Source: a virus
Taxonomy: Duplodnaviria > Heunggongvirae > Uroviricota > Caudoviricetes
Virus record (IMG/VR): IMGVR_UViG_3300010882_000009
Reading direction: 5' to 3' (one strand)
Length of the DNA stretch: 64,000 nucleotides
In this document: positions 19,545-29,908 of the stretch, piece by piece
How positions within the stretch are numbered: position 1 is the stretch's first letter
Layout of the letters: each line of letters starts with the position of its first letter
Notes under the pieces: generated by a model
The model's database searches: none
Seen by the model: the letters and a program-made list of their open reading frames with translations, nothing else
Told to the model about the DNA's origin: nothing
Translations under genes and position numbers: made by a program

Positions 19545-19639
19545 TATATGAAACTTGTAAATAACAAATTTAATTTTTCTGTCAGATGAACTTATTATAG
19601 TATAAAGTCTAAATAAAAAAGGGTAAAAGGAGAATAAGT

Positions 19640-20020
19640 ATGCATAATTTTATACATAATTTAATTATATTTTTAGTTGTTGGGGTTATTTTATTTGCTT
19701 TTGTTGGGACGCATTTATTAGGGGTTAGATTTGATTATCAAGCAGGAAGCCATAAAATAATTCCTACAGCAGTTGACCAAGATTTTTGGAACAACTATAT
19801 TGTCTACTATCGCACTACCGCTTTTATGAAAGATGAAGAAGAAAAATTCTACTATATACATAGAGACAATAAGGAATTAGCACAACAAGTAAGAGATGTT
19901 ATTTTAGATGGACATGAAATTTTTGTACACTATGATAGATATATTGGAGTTTTTGGAATTCGTTCACCTAAAACTTCTCCAATTGTTAGAATTGATATTA
20001 TAGATATTAAAGAAGAATGA
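19640..20020 (+). CDS. membrane-anchored hypothetical protein
   Basis: N-terminal LIIFLVVGVILFAFV; AAGGAG RBS. Confidence 0.7.
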   Translation: MHNFIHNLIIFLVVGVILFAFVGTHLLGVRFDYQAGSHKIIPTAVDQDFWNNYIVYYRTTAFMKDEEEKFYYIHRDNKELAQQVRDVILDGHEIFVHYDRYIGVFGIRSPKTSPIVRIDIIDIKEE

Positions 20021-20352
20021 CGCTACAAAGCATATATAGAGGTGGAATAATATGAAATTATCAAAGAAATTATTTTGTAGGCATTTAAATTATCCATTAA
20101 AGTTTTTATCAAATATACATGGAGATAATATTAATATATTCAATGGTAAAAGAAGTATATGGCAATGTGAAAATTGTGGAAAAATAATATTTCGTTACTA
20201 TTTGTTTAGGTGTAGAAAAATCTGATAGCAATCATAATCACGGTATCCATACTGATAAATATAGAGTGTTAGCAATATTGCAATTGCTAAATAGTAGCTA
20301 TAAGGATTTATGTAAATAACAAAGTTAATAATATAATAGGGAGAGTTTTATT

Positions 20353-20919
20353 ATGGCAACAAAAAAAGATATTAAATCACTTTTAAAAAGATTAAACTAT
20401 ACAGAAGCTGAAATGGATAACTTTTGGGCTGGATTATATGATATTAATCCAATTGTAAAAAATCTTACGAATTCTGGTAAATCATGGCGAGACCTTAATA
20501 CTAGTGCAATAGAAGATATGACAACAAGAAAGCAAAAAATATTAGATGACTTAGAAACAAAACGTGTTGAAGAAGAACTTCAAAAAGAAAAGCAAAAGGA
20601 AATAAATGATCAGAAAAAATATTATGAAGATAATTTTGAAGCAATTATTATTTCAAAAATAGAGAATAATGAAAAATTATCAGGATATGAATTAAGCAGA
20701 TTAGTATACAATTATGAAATAGAAGTTGAATATGGAGATAATAGCAGATGGAGCCGTAGTGCAATTAGCATTATTCAATTATTAGACAGAATGTTTTCTG
20801 TTGAATGGGAGCAGGGTCTTACTGAAAGCCAAGAAGATGAGTTTTATAATCAACCATATGAAGTTAAGGCGCATGAATATGAAAAAACAATTATAGTAAA
20901 AGAATGGGTTGCTATATAA
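20353..20919 (+). CDS. hypothetical protein
   Basis: 188 aa; GGGAG RBS. Confidence 0.75.
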   Translation: MATKKDIKSLLKRLNYTEAEMDNFWAGLYDINPIVKNLTNSGKSWRDLNTSAIEDMTTRKQKILDDLETKRVEEELQKEKQKEINDQKKYYEDNFEAIIISKIENNEKLSGYELSRLVYNYEIEVEYGDNSRWSRSAISIIQLLDRMFSVEWEQGLTESQEDEFYNQPYEVKAHEYEKTIIVKEWVAI

Positions 20920-20960
20920 TATGATAACATCTGTTACAATATTAGGAGTGAAAGTTAGTT

Positions 20961-21188
20961 ATGAATAGTCAAAAAGTTAACGAGATTATTAATCAGAATA
21001 TCAGAAATAAAAACAGAGCCAATATACAAAGAGAACATGTTAATGCACAAGGATACAGAGTTGACAACAATGGCAATATAGACATTGTGCTTGGAAGATC
21101 TTTTTGCTTTCCTATGGCAGAGACACATTGGGATAAGTTTTTAGTTGATGAAAACAATAACCTAATCAAGTATGATAGTAATTACTAA
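20961..21188 (+). CDS. hypothetical protein
   Basis: AGGAG RBS; 75 aa. Confidence 0.6.
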   Translation: MNSQKVNEIINQNIRNKNRANIQREHVNAQGYRVDNNGNIDIVLGRSFCFPMAETHWDKFLVDENNNLIKYDSNY

Positions 21189-21219
21189 TGTGGCGACATA
21201 ACGCAGAAAGGAATAAATA

Positions 21220-21537
21220 ATGGATTTTACATTTATTACAACAAAAGAATTAAATGATTATTATAACGGAGATATAAATACAGAATTAAATAAATATGGT
21301 GAAAATTTAAGTAATAGACTTCATGTACTATGTGATAAGGTTCAATGTTTTACACGTAATAATATAAAAATAATTTCATCAATGAATACAATAAGTGCAA
21401 TTATTAATGAAATTAAAAATGAAGTCTCTAATATTTATGAAGTCAATATTGATGGAATAATTCATATTTATGGACATAGTGTACATCTTGATAACAGCAT
21501 GGCAGATGGTATTATTAAGGTTATGCCAATAGAGTAA
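21220..21537 (+). CDS. hypothetical protein
   Basis: AAAGGA RBS; 105 aa. Confidence 0.65.
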   Translation: MDFTFITTKELNDYYNGDINTELNKYGENLSNRLHVLCDKVQCFTRNNIKIISSMNTISAIINEIKNEVSNIYEVNIDGIIHIYGHSVHLDNSMADGIIKVMPIE

Positions 21538-21546
21538 GTATTTTAA

Positions 21547-21695
21547 AATAACTAGCGAGAAATCCCATTAGCTTTAGCTGATGGGATGAACACCTAACCG
21601 AGTGGAACGCCGGGGATAGCCGTTGATACTTCGTAGTAAGTAATACGATTGAACGGAAGCCCACAGACTTTATCTTTAGACTGTGGGTAGTTCAC
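21547..21695 (+). mobile_element. ORF-less IS200/IS605 derivative retaining left-end hairpin and TnpB omegaRNA-like right end
   Basis: After TTTAA: hairpin ATCCCATTAGC-TTTA-GCTGATGGGAT; then ACCGAGTGGAACGCCGGGGATAGCC...GAAGCCCACAG...CTGTGGGTAGTTCAC. Confidence 0.75.
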
Positions 21696-21734
21696 TTATA
21701 ATGGCGTGAAATGCGCTAGAAAGAGTGATAAAAT

Positions 21735-22247
21735 ATGGCACAAAAAATTAATATTCAAGAAGTATATGATTATTTTTATTCTGGAATTATAAATGAAACA
21801 AAAGGAATTGAAGGATATGATTTGATGTTTGATAAAGCAAATGCTATGTTTTTAGAATGGATACAATCTCTTGATCTCTACTACTCAGATTCAAACAAAA
21901 GATTATCATATTGCAAATTCAAACAAAATAATAAACAGCTAAGCGAAGTTATTACAAATTTTATATTAATTTATGCAAAGTATAAAGCTAGAGTTGTTGA
22001 TAATACAAATTTATCAATGCTCCCTACCCAATCAGAATGGTTTGTAGTAAAATATATATTCGATGATTTTGATCGTATTTCACTAGGTTTGGTCTCGTTG
22101 AAAGACTCGATATTAAAAATATGGAATTGTATTGCAAAACAATTAGATACTAATAATATAATGTTTAATGCAATTAGTATAAATGAAACAGATGATATTG
22201 AATCAGCGTGGGATTTAGCTATTAATATAAGCAAAGTTTATAATTGA
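21735..22247 (+). CDS. hypothetical protein
   Basis: 170 aa co-oriented ORF. Confidence 0.7.
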   Translation: MAQKINIQEVYDYFYSGIINETKGIEGYDLMFDKANAMFLEWIQSLDLYYSDSNKRLSYCKFKQNNKQLSEVITNFILIYAKYKARVVDNTNLSMLPTQSEWFVVKYIFDDFDRISLGLVSLKDSILKIWNCIAKQLDTNNIMFNAISINETDDIESAWDLAINISKVYN

Positions 22248-22288
22248 TAATTTCAAAAAATGCATATTATACAAGGGGGTAAAATAAT

Positions 22289-22984
22289 ATGAAAGAAGTA
22301 ATGATATTTGATTTCTTCTCGGAAATTATCAAAGCAAATAATGGAGAAGTAAGTCATGAGGAGTTTTTTAAAAATTACATAGAATTTACATCAAAGAATC
22401 AAGCAATAGGATTGTGGGATACAGATTTAGATAAAGTTGAAGATTACAAATCATTATGGTTTATAGCAAATTCAACATGTACTGAAGTATACAAAATGGT
22501 ACCTAATGTATTACAACACTATGAACCGGAAGCTCCATTTGTTTTATTTAGCATTAACATCCGTGCATTTGATGACGATGAAAGAGATGAAACAAACAGA
22601 AATAAAAACGCAAGAAATAAGCGTGATGAACTATTGGATAGATTCTCAGATATGAGTTGTAGGCTAGAATCATTATCTCAAATATGCAACAGCGCAGCTT
22701 CAGAAAAAGAATTAGCATCATGGAATAAACTTGTTGATTTGTTCGATGAACAATTTGTAAAATTAACAGATGATATTATGGAGTACCAATTGGATGATGC
22801 TAAATATCTTAACAAGAATAGCAACAATTATAATATATTAACAAAATCTGATAAAAACATACTTAATAGCATATTATGGAGCAATGTTAATGATATTGTA
22901 TCCGGTAATGTAACATTAGAACAAGGGCTTAAAAATTATAATGATAAAATAGCGCAATACATGGATATATCTTTATCTGTATAA
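22289..22984 (+). CDS. hypothetical protein
   Basis: 231 aa; AAGGGGG RBS. Confidence 0.75.
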   Translation: MKEVMIFDFFSEIIKANNGEVSHEEFFKNYIEFTSKNQAIGLWDTDLDKVEDYKSLWFIANSTCTEVYKMVPNVLQHYEPEAPFVLFSINIRAFDDDERDETNRNKNARNKRDELLDRFSDMSCRLESLSQICNSAASEKELASWNKLVDLFDEQFVKLTDDIMEYQLDDAKYLNKNSNNYNILTKSDKNILNSILWSNVNDIVSGNVTLEQGLKNYNDKIAQYMDISLSV

Positions 22985-22988
22985 TAAT

Positions 22989-23489
22989 ATGTTCATTATA
23001 TATAAAATTTACTATGTATATGGATTAGTCTATATAGGAAGAACAAAACAAAAACTTCAAGATAGACTCCGTGGTCATTTCTTCAAAAAGAAGATGATGA
23101 GAGAAATAGACATTGATGAAGTTGTCGGGATCGAATATGCTGAGTTAGAAACAGAAGCAGATATGAATGTTTATGAGGTTTATCTTATAAACAAATACAA
23201 ACCATACTTAAACAAAGATGATAAAGCACATGATGAATTAACAATAGAAATCCCGGAGCCTGAATTTCATACATATGACTGCCCCCTTATGTATAAATGG
23301 AAACAGCAAATAATAAAAATTGACAATAAAGAATTAGAAAATAGAAATGCTAAAATAGAACATACTTTAAGAGTTTCAGAAGCCCGGCGCAAACATAAGA
23401 ACGGCGAGATTGCATATGATGAGTATTTGATAATCAAGGATGCATCAAATATTAATGGGGTAAATGATTCATTGGATTGTTTAGATTAA
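22989..23489 (+). CDS. GIY-YIG nuclease-domain protein
   Basis: IIYKIY...VYIGRT....DRLRGH, E..LI....P..N. Confidence 0.8.
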   Translation: MFIIYKIYYVYGLVYIGRTKQKLQDRLRGHFFKKKMMREIDIDEVVGIEYAELETEADMNVYEVYLINKYKPYLNKDDKAHDELTIEIPEPEFHTYDCPLMYKWKQQIIKIDNKELENRNAKIEHTLRVSEARRKHKNGEIAYDEYLIIKDASNINGVNDSLDCLD

Positions 23490-23551
23490 TAATAATATTC
23501 CGGCTAATGCCGTTTACATATATTAACAAACAACACCGCATTGCACGACGC

Positions 23552-23580
23552 TTGACAATATACATTTTATATGATAACAT
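23552..23580 (+). promoter_or_regulatory. sigmaA-type promoter for the replication block
   Basis: TTGACA-atatacattttatatga(17)-TAACAT with TG extension. Confidence 0.65.
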
Positions 23581-23734
23581 ATAATTTGCAGAAGGGGTGT
23601 GGTATAAAATCAATCATATTTATATTAAATAGAAATCGTTTATTATATTAGCAACACCAATATTATAGGTAATACTACTTAAAAATAAAACCACTTAAAA
23701 TGAAAATTATAAATTAAAAGGAGAAAATAAATAT

Positions 23735-25009
23735 ATGGCGAAAAAAGAGAGAAATCAACTTAAAAAAGAAAATTGGAGATCACAGTTTACTTTAATCGGG
23801 GAAGCTAAGATTAATGATGAATATACATATACACTTGAAAAGAAATCAGATGGTTCAGATTATATTTATAATAAATTAAATATTGGCGTTGATTGCGGCC
23901 CTACTTGTGGTGTTATTTATGCTGAAATGATGGGTGGATATAATAAAGAAAAACATACTCCAATCAAGGTAAAAGGGAAAAAAGAAGACGGCACAATGGA
24001 TACAAATTTGCAAATCGAAATAGCATGGGCAGATAGAAAAAATGAAAAGATTTTAGAACAAGTACATGATTCTCAATTTATTACTGTTGGTCTAGAAAAA
24101 GATTCTAATGAGAAAACATTCGCAAATAAATTTATATCACCATATGATGCTATATTATATATTAAAGAACATTTAAAAACAGGAATGGTAATTAACGTAA
24201 AAGGCAAAGTAGAATATAGTAGATATAATGATACAACACAAGTAAAGAAAAAAATTAACAGTATCTTCTTATCAAATGCAGATGATATTAGCAAATATGA
24301 TGCTAAAATTACACAAACAGTTCTAATGGATAAGGATAGCCAAGGTAAGCTAGACAAAGATAGAGGAACTATTGGGCTTAATTGCTATGTGTTAGATTAT
24401 ACAAAAATGTGGGGCAATAAAGAAGTAAAAACAATTGTGCCATTAATGAAAAATTTTGAATTCCAAGTAGATATGGAAAGCCAAAATAAAATGGAGTTCA
24501 TCGTCAAAGAAGTATTAACTGTTAAGAAAGATATAACAGAGGTTACATTTGAAGGAAGATTTATAGAAGGCGGCGCTGTTATTAAAATGAAATTTGAAGA
24601 TCTTCCAGAAGCGATCCAGTTATATGTAGAGAACGGATTTTTATCATTAGAAAAAGCACTTGCTGATTGTAGTATTAACACAGGAAAAGAAAGACGTATC
24701 GTGTTCTTTGGCCCAGTATTAAATAAGCCAAGGAACGAAGGCGACATTCCTACAATTATGAGAACAGAACGCAAATACACTGCTGATGATTTAATTCTTG
24801 ATTTTATGACAGAATCAGAGCCGCCTACACAAGACGATGACGATATTCCTTTTGTACCTGATAACAAAGTAGAACAGAATGATACTAATACTACCACTAC
24901 ACCATCTGCTAATGTCTCAACTACAGATGCCAAGGTAAATAAAGATGTTACAAGCGACGATAATACACCAGCTGACGACAATGACTGGATGGCTGAATTG
25001 GGAATCTGA
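23735..25009 (+). CDS. putative single-stranded DNA-binding/recombination protein
   Basis: Acidic low-complexity tail (DDDDIPF...DDNDWMAELGI); sits before the ATPase and helicase; function inferred. Confidence 0.5.
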   Translation: MAKKERNQLKKENWRSQFTLIGEAKINDEYTYTLEKKSDGSDYIYNKLNIGVDCGPTCGVIYAEMMGGYNKEKHTPIKVKGKKEDGTMDTNLQIEIAWADRKNEKILEQVHDSQFITVGLEKDSNEKTFANKFISPYDAILYIKEHLKTGMVINVKGKVEYSRYNDTTQVKKKINSIFLSNADDISKYDAKITQTVLMDKDSQGKLDKDRGTIGLNCYVLDYTKMWGNKEVKTIVPLMKNFEFQVDMESQNKMEFIVKEVLTVKKDITEVTFEGRFIEGGAVIKMKFEDLPEAIQLYVENGFLSLEKALADCSINTGKERRIVFFGPVLNKPRNEGDIPTIMRTERKYTADDLILDFMTESEPPTQDDDDIPFVPDNKVEQNDTNTTTTPSANVSTTDAKVNKDVTSDDNTPADDNDWMAELGI

Positions 25010-25137
25010 AATAATTTTAGCATAGCCTAAAGAAATATCAGTACTATGTGCTGTGTGGCTATGTAATTATTATAATAGTTAAATAGTTAATCAGCACATA
25101 GTCTCTTATATTTTATTATATTAAAAGGAGACTATAT

Positions 25138-26283
25138 ATGGCAAGAAAATTTGGAATTAGAAATGAAGTTAAAATTGATCCATTAAAATACAATATTGCA
25201 CTGCTTGGAGAATCAAAGATAGGAAAAACTACTTTAATTAAAAATGTTGTTGAAAAGCTAGTTGGGACAAATGGTTATATATTCTTAGAAATGTTTCAGG
25301 AAGAAGGCGCTGATGCCATACAAGGAATTGTATATGAAAATGTTCCTGATTGGGATGCTTTCGAAGAGATAACAGAAGATATTTTAGATAATCGCACAAC
25401 AGATTATAAAGATCTAAAAGTTATTATTATTGATACATATGATCAATTTATACAAATTGCGGAAGAAGAAGCCATTCGGCTTTGGAACAGGCATAAACCA
25501 GACAAACAAGCTAAGAGTATAAATGAAGCATGGGATGGATTTCAAAAAGGTCAAGATAAAGCTATTAAATTAATGTTCGATAGACTTTATGAGCTAAAAC
25601 AAATAGGGATCCCATTCATCATGATTGGACACGTTAAGAATAAGAATATTGACGACGTTGTAACAGGTGGATCGTATATGCAATTAACTAGTGACCTTTC
25701 GGCAAAATATTTTAATGCATTAAAAAACAGACTTCACTTTTTGGGATTAGCATGTATTGATAGAGAATTAACAAAAGTAAAAACAGGTAAAAAGAATGTT
25801 GTTACAAAAAAGGAAGCAGAAATTACGAGGGTTGTTGGTGAAACAAGAATAATAAAATTCCGCGATGATAATTTTGCTGTTGATAGTGGTTCAAGATTCG
25901 CAGATATTGAGGCCGAAATACCAATGACAACTGATGCATTTATTAAGGCATTAGAGGATGCGATTAAGGCAGAACATGCTAAAGGTGGCGGGAATTCTAT
26001 AGAAGACACAGCAAAGCAACAAGCTGCAGATGAAGAAGCTAGGATTAATGCTGTAGCCGCCGAACATACAAAAACTAAAGATGCAGAATCCTTAGTATGC
26101 GCAATTGATAATATTGTTACATATGTTAAAGCTAATGCCAGTAAAGAGCATCCAGAAAAAGCTGTAGAACTTTTGTCTAAAGCTAAGGAATTAGGGTTTA
26201 ATAAACTAACTGAAATAGACAATCTTAAAGCCGCAGAAGTAATCTTAGAAATGATTGAAAAACAAAAAGCAGCATCAAGTTAA
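25138..26283 (+). CDS. AAA_24/Sak4-like ATPase
   Basis: Walker A GESKIGKT, Walker B IIIDT, MIGH. Confidence 0.8.
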   Translation: MARKFGIRNEVKIDPLKYNIALLGESKIGKTTLIKNVVEKLVGTNGYIFLEMFQEEGADAIQGIVYENVPDWDAFEEITEDILDNRTTDYKDLKVIIIDTYDQFIQIAEEEAIRLWNRHKPDKQAKSINEAWDGFQKGQDKAIKLMFDRLYELKQIGIPFIMIGHVKNKNIDDVVTGGSYMQLTSDLSAKYFNALKNRLHFLGLACIDRELTKVKTGKKNVVTKKEAEITRVVGETRIIKFRDDNFAVDSGSRFADIEAEIPMTTDAFIKALEDAIKAEHAKGGGNSIEDTAKQQAADEEARINAVAAEHTKTKDAESLVCAIDNIVTYVKANASKEHPEKAVELLSKAKELGFNKLTEIDNLKAAEVILEMIEKQKAASS

Positions 26284-26353
26284 TATACAATATACATATG
26301 ACGGCGCATGTCTTATTAATGCGCCGTCTATCTTCATTAAGGTGGGTTGATTT

Positions 26354-27052
26354 TTGGAAGAAACAATTGAACAAGCAGACCAGATTAATCAGAATCAAGC
26401 AATAACAGAAGCAATTATTGATATAGTAACTGAAGAACCTACAGTCATAGAACAATATATAGTACAAGAAGAACAACCTAAAAAGAAACGCGGAAGGCCA
26501 AAATCTACAACTCCCAAAGAGCCTAAAGTAAATAAGACTAATAAGCCTTCAAAAGAAAAAAAAGAAGTAAAGCATATGTCTAGAGAAGATATTGAGTGGT
26601 GGGATAAGCTGTATGAACATGTTCGTAGTAAAATAATGGGCTATAGCAATGAAGAAGGTAATAAACAGGCTCTACCAAGTTTTATGATTCTTAGATTAAA
26701 AGGATTACTAGAAAATAAATTTATAGTTACACATCAGATAGAAGACGTATCTACATATTCATACAAAACCGTATTATACACATTCAAATTCTGCAACCCG
26801 CAAATTGATTATGCTTTATCAAATATAAAATTTTCAAATGAACAACATAAATTTAATTATATTATGAAAATTGTTGAGCCTAATATTATTGATGTTCATA
26901 TGAGAATGAAAAGAACAGCAGAATTAAAAGAAAGTTTAAATTATGCTGATACATCTCATTTATTTGATAATATGGCATCTAAATTTAATAGCTCTACTCT
27001 AATAGAAAAAAATACAAATGACAGATTAAAAGACTTATATGATTGGATGTGA
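26354..27052 (+). CDS. hypothetical replication-module protein
   Basis: AT-hook-like KKRGRPK; lies between ATPase and helicase. Confidence 0.6.
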   Translation: MEETIEQADQINQNQAITEAIIDIVTEEPTVIEQYIVQEEQPKKKRGRPKSTTPKEPKVNKTNKPSKEKKEVKHMSREDIEWWDKLYEHVRSKIMGYSNEEGNKQALPSFMILRLKGLLENKFIVTHQIEDVSTYSYKTVLYTFKFCNPQIDYALSNIKFSNEQHKFNYIMKIVEPNIIDVHMRMKRTAELKESLNYADTSHLFDNMASKFNSSTLIEKNTNDRLKDLYDWM

Positions 27053-27058
27053 CAATAT

Positions 27059-28606
27059 TTGTCATCATTAGCATTTTCTTTTGAAAACACTATGAGAGAT
27101 AATAAAAATTCCCAAAAAAAGAAAAAAGAACATAGATATAATAAAGAAACAATAAAAAAGATAAATGAATTTAAAAAAGGCGTAGAAGGCAATATTGTAT
27201 CAATAATATATAACTATCCTGAATTCTTATATGAAACAAATTTAGACCGAGATGATTTTACAACTGAATGGAAAGTTTTCTATGGTCTTGCATATAGACT
27301 TATAATTGTAGACAGGAAAAAGCATCTTGATGTTTTAACAATAGATACGGCATTACAAAGTCTACCAACAACAGCTAAATACTTCTATGAAAATGGAGGA
27401 TTCGAATTATTAGAAACAGCAAGAACATATGCAAAAGATACCTTTACTGATAATGTACAAGAAGCATTTGATGGGTATGTATCAGAATTTCACAAGTGGA
27501 ATGCATTAATAAATATCGCCGGGAGTGGTTATCAAATTGATGACCGCCTTGAAAAATATGCGAAAATGCCAGCAGATGAAATAGCTGTTGAACTGCAATC
27601 TATACTAAATGAATCATTTATTAATACAGAAGAAAGACTTAAATTGCACAATGCTTGTTCTGGCATGCGTGAGTTAGTTGATAATCTTGATGCTGGGATG
27701 TCTATAGGGATGCCTCTTGCTAATGCAGATATGCTTACAGAAGAAATTGGCGGTATTTTATTAGATGGGCAAATATATGGGATAGGCGCTGGTACTGGTG
27801 TTGGCAAATCAACAATGGTAATGAATTGGCTTATTCCAACAGTAATAGAGAATAACGGAAAAATAGTTTTCTTCATTAACGAAGAAGATAAAACGAAAGT
27901 TCAAAAGGAAATGCTTATATGGTGTGTTAATAATATTTTTAATGAGCGATTTTCAAAACGAACACTTAGAAATGGGCATTATACACAAGAAAGAAAAGAA
28001 ATATTATATAAAGCAGTTGAATGGTTTGAAGAACTTGTAGAAAACCGTAATATCATAGTAATAGAGCTTCCAAGATATTCAGCAAGATTAGTATCAAAAT
28101 ATATGAAAATATTAAATAAGTCAGAAGGCGTAAGACTGTTTGTATTAGATACATTAAAAGAAAGTTTTGACTCAGACGATCCTAGAATATGTGATAGTAT
28201 GATGCGCGATATGGTTATGCTTTATGATACAATCAAACCAAATGCTCTTAATGTTGCATTAGTAGTAACATTCCAATTAACAAAAGGTGCATGGGAAAAG
28301 AGATTCCTTACTGTTAACAACATAGGTCAAGCAAAGTCAATTGCTGATACTATGAGTTGTATTATAATGATGCGACCACCATATGAAGATGAGTTTGATG
28401 GCGGGAAAAACGTATTGATTTGCGAAAGAATAGAAGGCGAAAATACAAGAATCCCATTTAAAATGGATAAAAACAAAAGATATATGATTACATTTTTAAC
28501 TAAAACAAGATTTGGTGAGAGGGTATATCAGATTGTCTCTGAAAGCAATATGTCAACAAATATATATAAAGATATAGGTATATGCAGAATTTGTCAGGAT
28601 ATTTAA
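27059..28606 (+). CDS. dnaB: replicative DnaB-like helicase
   Basis: Walker A GAGTGVGKST, FFINEE, FVLDTLK, TFQL, KTRFG. Confidence 0.85.
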   Translation: MSSLAFSFENTMRDNKNSQKKKKEHRYNKETIKKINEFKKGVEGNIVSIIYNYPEFLYETNLDRDDFTTEWKVFYGLAYRLIIVDRKKHLDVLTIDTALQSLPTTAKYFYENGGFELLETARTYAKDTFTDNVQEAFDGYVSEFHKWNALINIAGSGYQIDDRLEKYAKMPADEIAVELQSILNESFINTEERLKLHNACSGMRELVDNLDAGMSIGMPLANADMLTEEIGGILLDGQIYGIGAGTGVGKSTMVMNWLIPTVIENNGKIVFFINEEDKTKVQKEMLIWCVNNIFNERFSKRTLRNGHYTQERKEILYKAVEWFEELVENRNIIVIELPRYSARLVSKYMKILNKSEGVRLFVLDTLKESFDSDDPRICDSMMRDMVMLYDTIKPNALNVALVVTFQLTKGAWEKRFLTVNNIGQAKSIADTMSCIIMMRPPYEDEFDGGKNVLICERIEGENTRIPFKMDKNKRYMITFLTKTRFGERVYQIVSESNMSTNIYKDIGICRICQDI

Positions 28607-28623
28607 CATTAAAGCAAAAAATT

Positions 28624-28659
28624 AAATTCCCATTTGGATATATTGCTAGATGGGAATTT
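28624..28659. terminator. stem-loop after helicase
   Basis: AAATTCCCAT...ATGGGAATTT. Confidence 0.5.
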
Positions 28660-28665
28660 CTCAAT

Positions 28666-28694
28666 TTGACTTTATACATTTTATGTGCTATAAT
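28666..28694 (+). promoter_or_regulatory. sigmaA promoter upstream of primase
   Basis: TTGACT-ttatacattttatgtgc(17)-TATAAT. Confidence 0.8.
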
Positions 28695-28723
28695 ATACAA
28701 AATGACTTAAAGGCGGGATATTT

Positions 28724-29899
28724 TTGCAAGCGGCTGAACTTAAACAATATATATATGAATATAAAAAAATAAAGTTTGTTTTGGAACAGCTTGGATGTCG
28801 CAATATTAAATATAATGTAGGATCAAATGGTGATTATTGGAGCTGTACAAATGCAGAGAAAACAGCAGATAATACAGGTGCGGTAAATATATATAATAAT
28901 AGATATTTAAATTGCATAAATTATACACGAAAACTAGTAACAGGTGATGATAAAAAATCTGACTTAATAACTTTAGCTAACTACTATAGAAAAGAATCAT
29001 TTATATCAACAGTAAAATATATACATAATATATTAGGATTAGAATATTCTTATACCCCACAACAAAACAAACAAGAAAAAGTTATTAATACAAGCTTGCT
29101 TGATATGTATACTAGGGCTAATGAAATAAAAAACAAATGTATAACATATAAAAAAGACATTACATATATTGACGAAGAGACAATGTCTATAACACCTCAT
29201 ATTCATGTTAATTATTTCAAAGAAGGTGTTATAAAAAGAACAATAGAGAAATTTGGATTAGGATATAATTATAGAGATAAAAGAACTATTATACCTATGA
29301 GACACTGGGATACAGGAAGGTTATTAGGATACAATATGCGTAGCTCTCAAGAAGGACTTGAAGAGTTAGGGTATAAACATAAAAAATGTATATTTTCTAA
29401 AGGATATGTTAAAAAGAATAATATATATGGACTATGGGAAAATAAAGAAGAAATATTAAAAAGAGGATTTGTTATAGTATTCGAATCTGAAAAGGCTGTT
29501 CATAAAATGGATAGCAGAATGATGGTAGCAAGAGAAATAGATGATGAATCCGGAGAAATTATATATAAACATATACATATAGAAACATGTGTAGCATTAT
29601 CTGGGCATGAAATGTCATATGAGCAGGCAAGAATATTAAGAAGTTTAGGTGTAGAAATAATAATATGTATGGATAACGATGTGTCATTACAAGAAGTTAG
29701 ACATATGTGCGAAAAATTTTGGCTTGGTAGTAGAGTCAGTTATATGTGTGACGAAGCAAATCTTCTACCACCAAAATCAAATATAAGTGATGTAAAAATA
29801 GGATTTGATAAAATGTTTGAGATTATGTTAAATACGCGCAAGGTATATGATGAAAAAGAACGTGCAGTATATCTCCGAGAATTAAATATGAAAGCGTGA
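28724..29899 (+). CDS. DNA primase (TOPRIM)
   Basis: RTIIPM, VFESEK, CMDND; follows helicase. Confidence 0.8.
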   Translation: MQAAELKQYIYEYKKIKFVLEQLGCRNIKYNVGSNGDYWSCTNAEKTADNTGAVNIYNNRYLNCINYTRKLVTGDDKKSDLITLANYYRKESFISTVKYIHNILGLEYSYTPQQNKQEKVINTSLLDMYTRANEIKNKCITYKKDITYIDEETMSITPHIHVNYFKEGVIKRTIEKFGLGYNYRDKRTIIPMRHWDTGRLLGYNMRSSQEGLEELGYKHKKCIFSKGYVKKNNIYGLWENKEEILKRGFVIVFESEKAVHKMDSRMMVAREIDDESGEIIYKHIHIETCVALSGHEMSYEQARILRSLGVEIIICMDNDVSLQEVRHMCEKFWLGSRVSYMCDEANLLPPKSNISDVKIGFDKMFEIMLNTRKVYDEKERAVYLRELNMKA

Positions 29900-29908
29900 G
29901 TAAATTAA

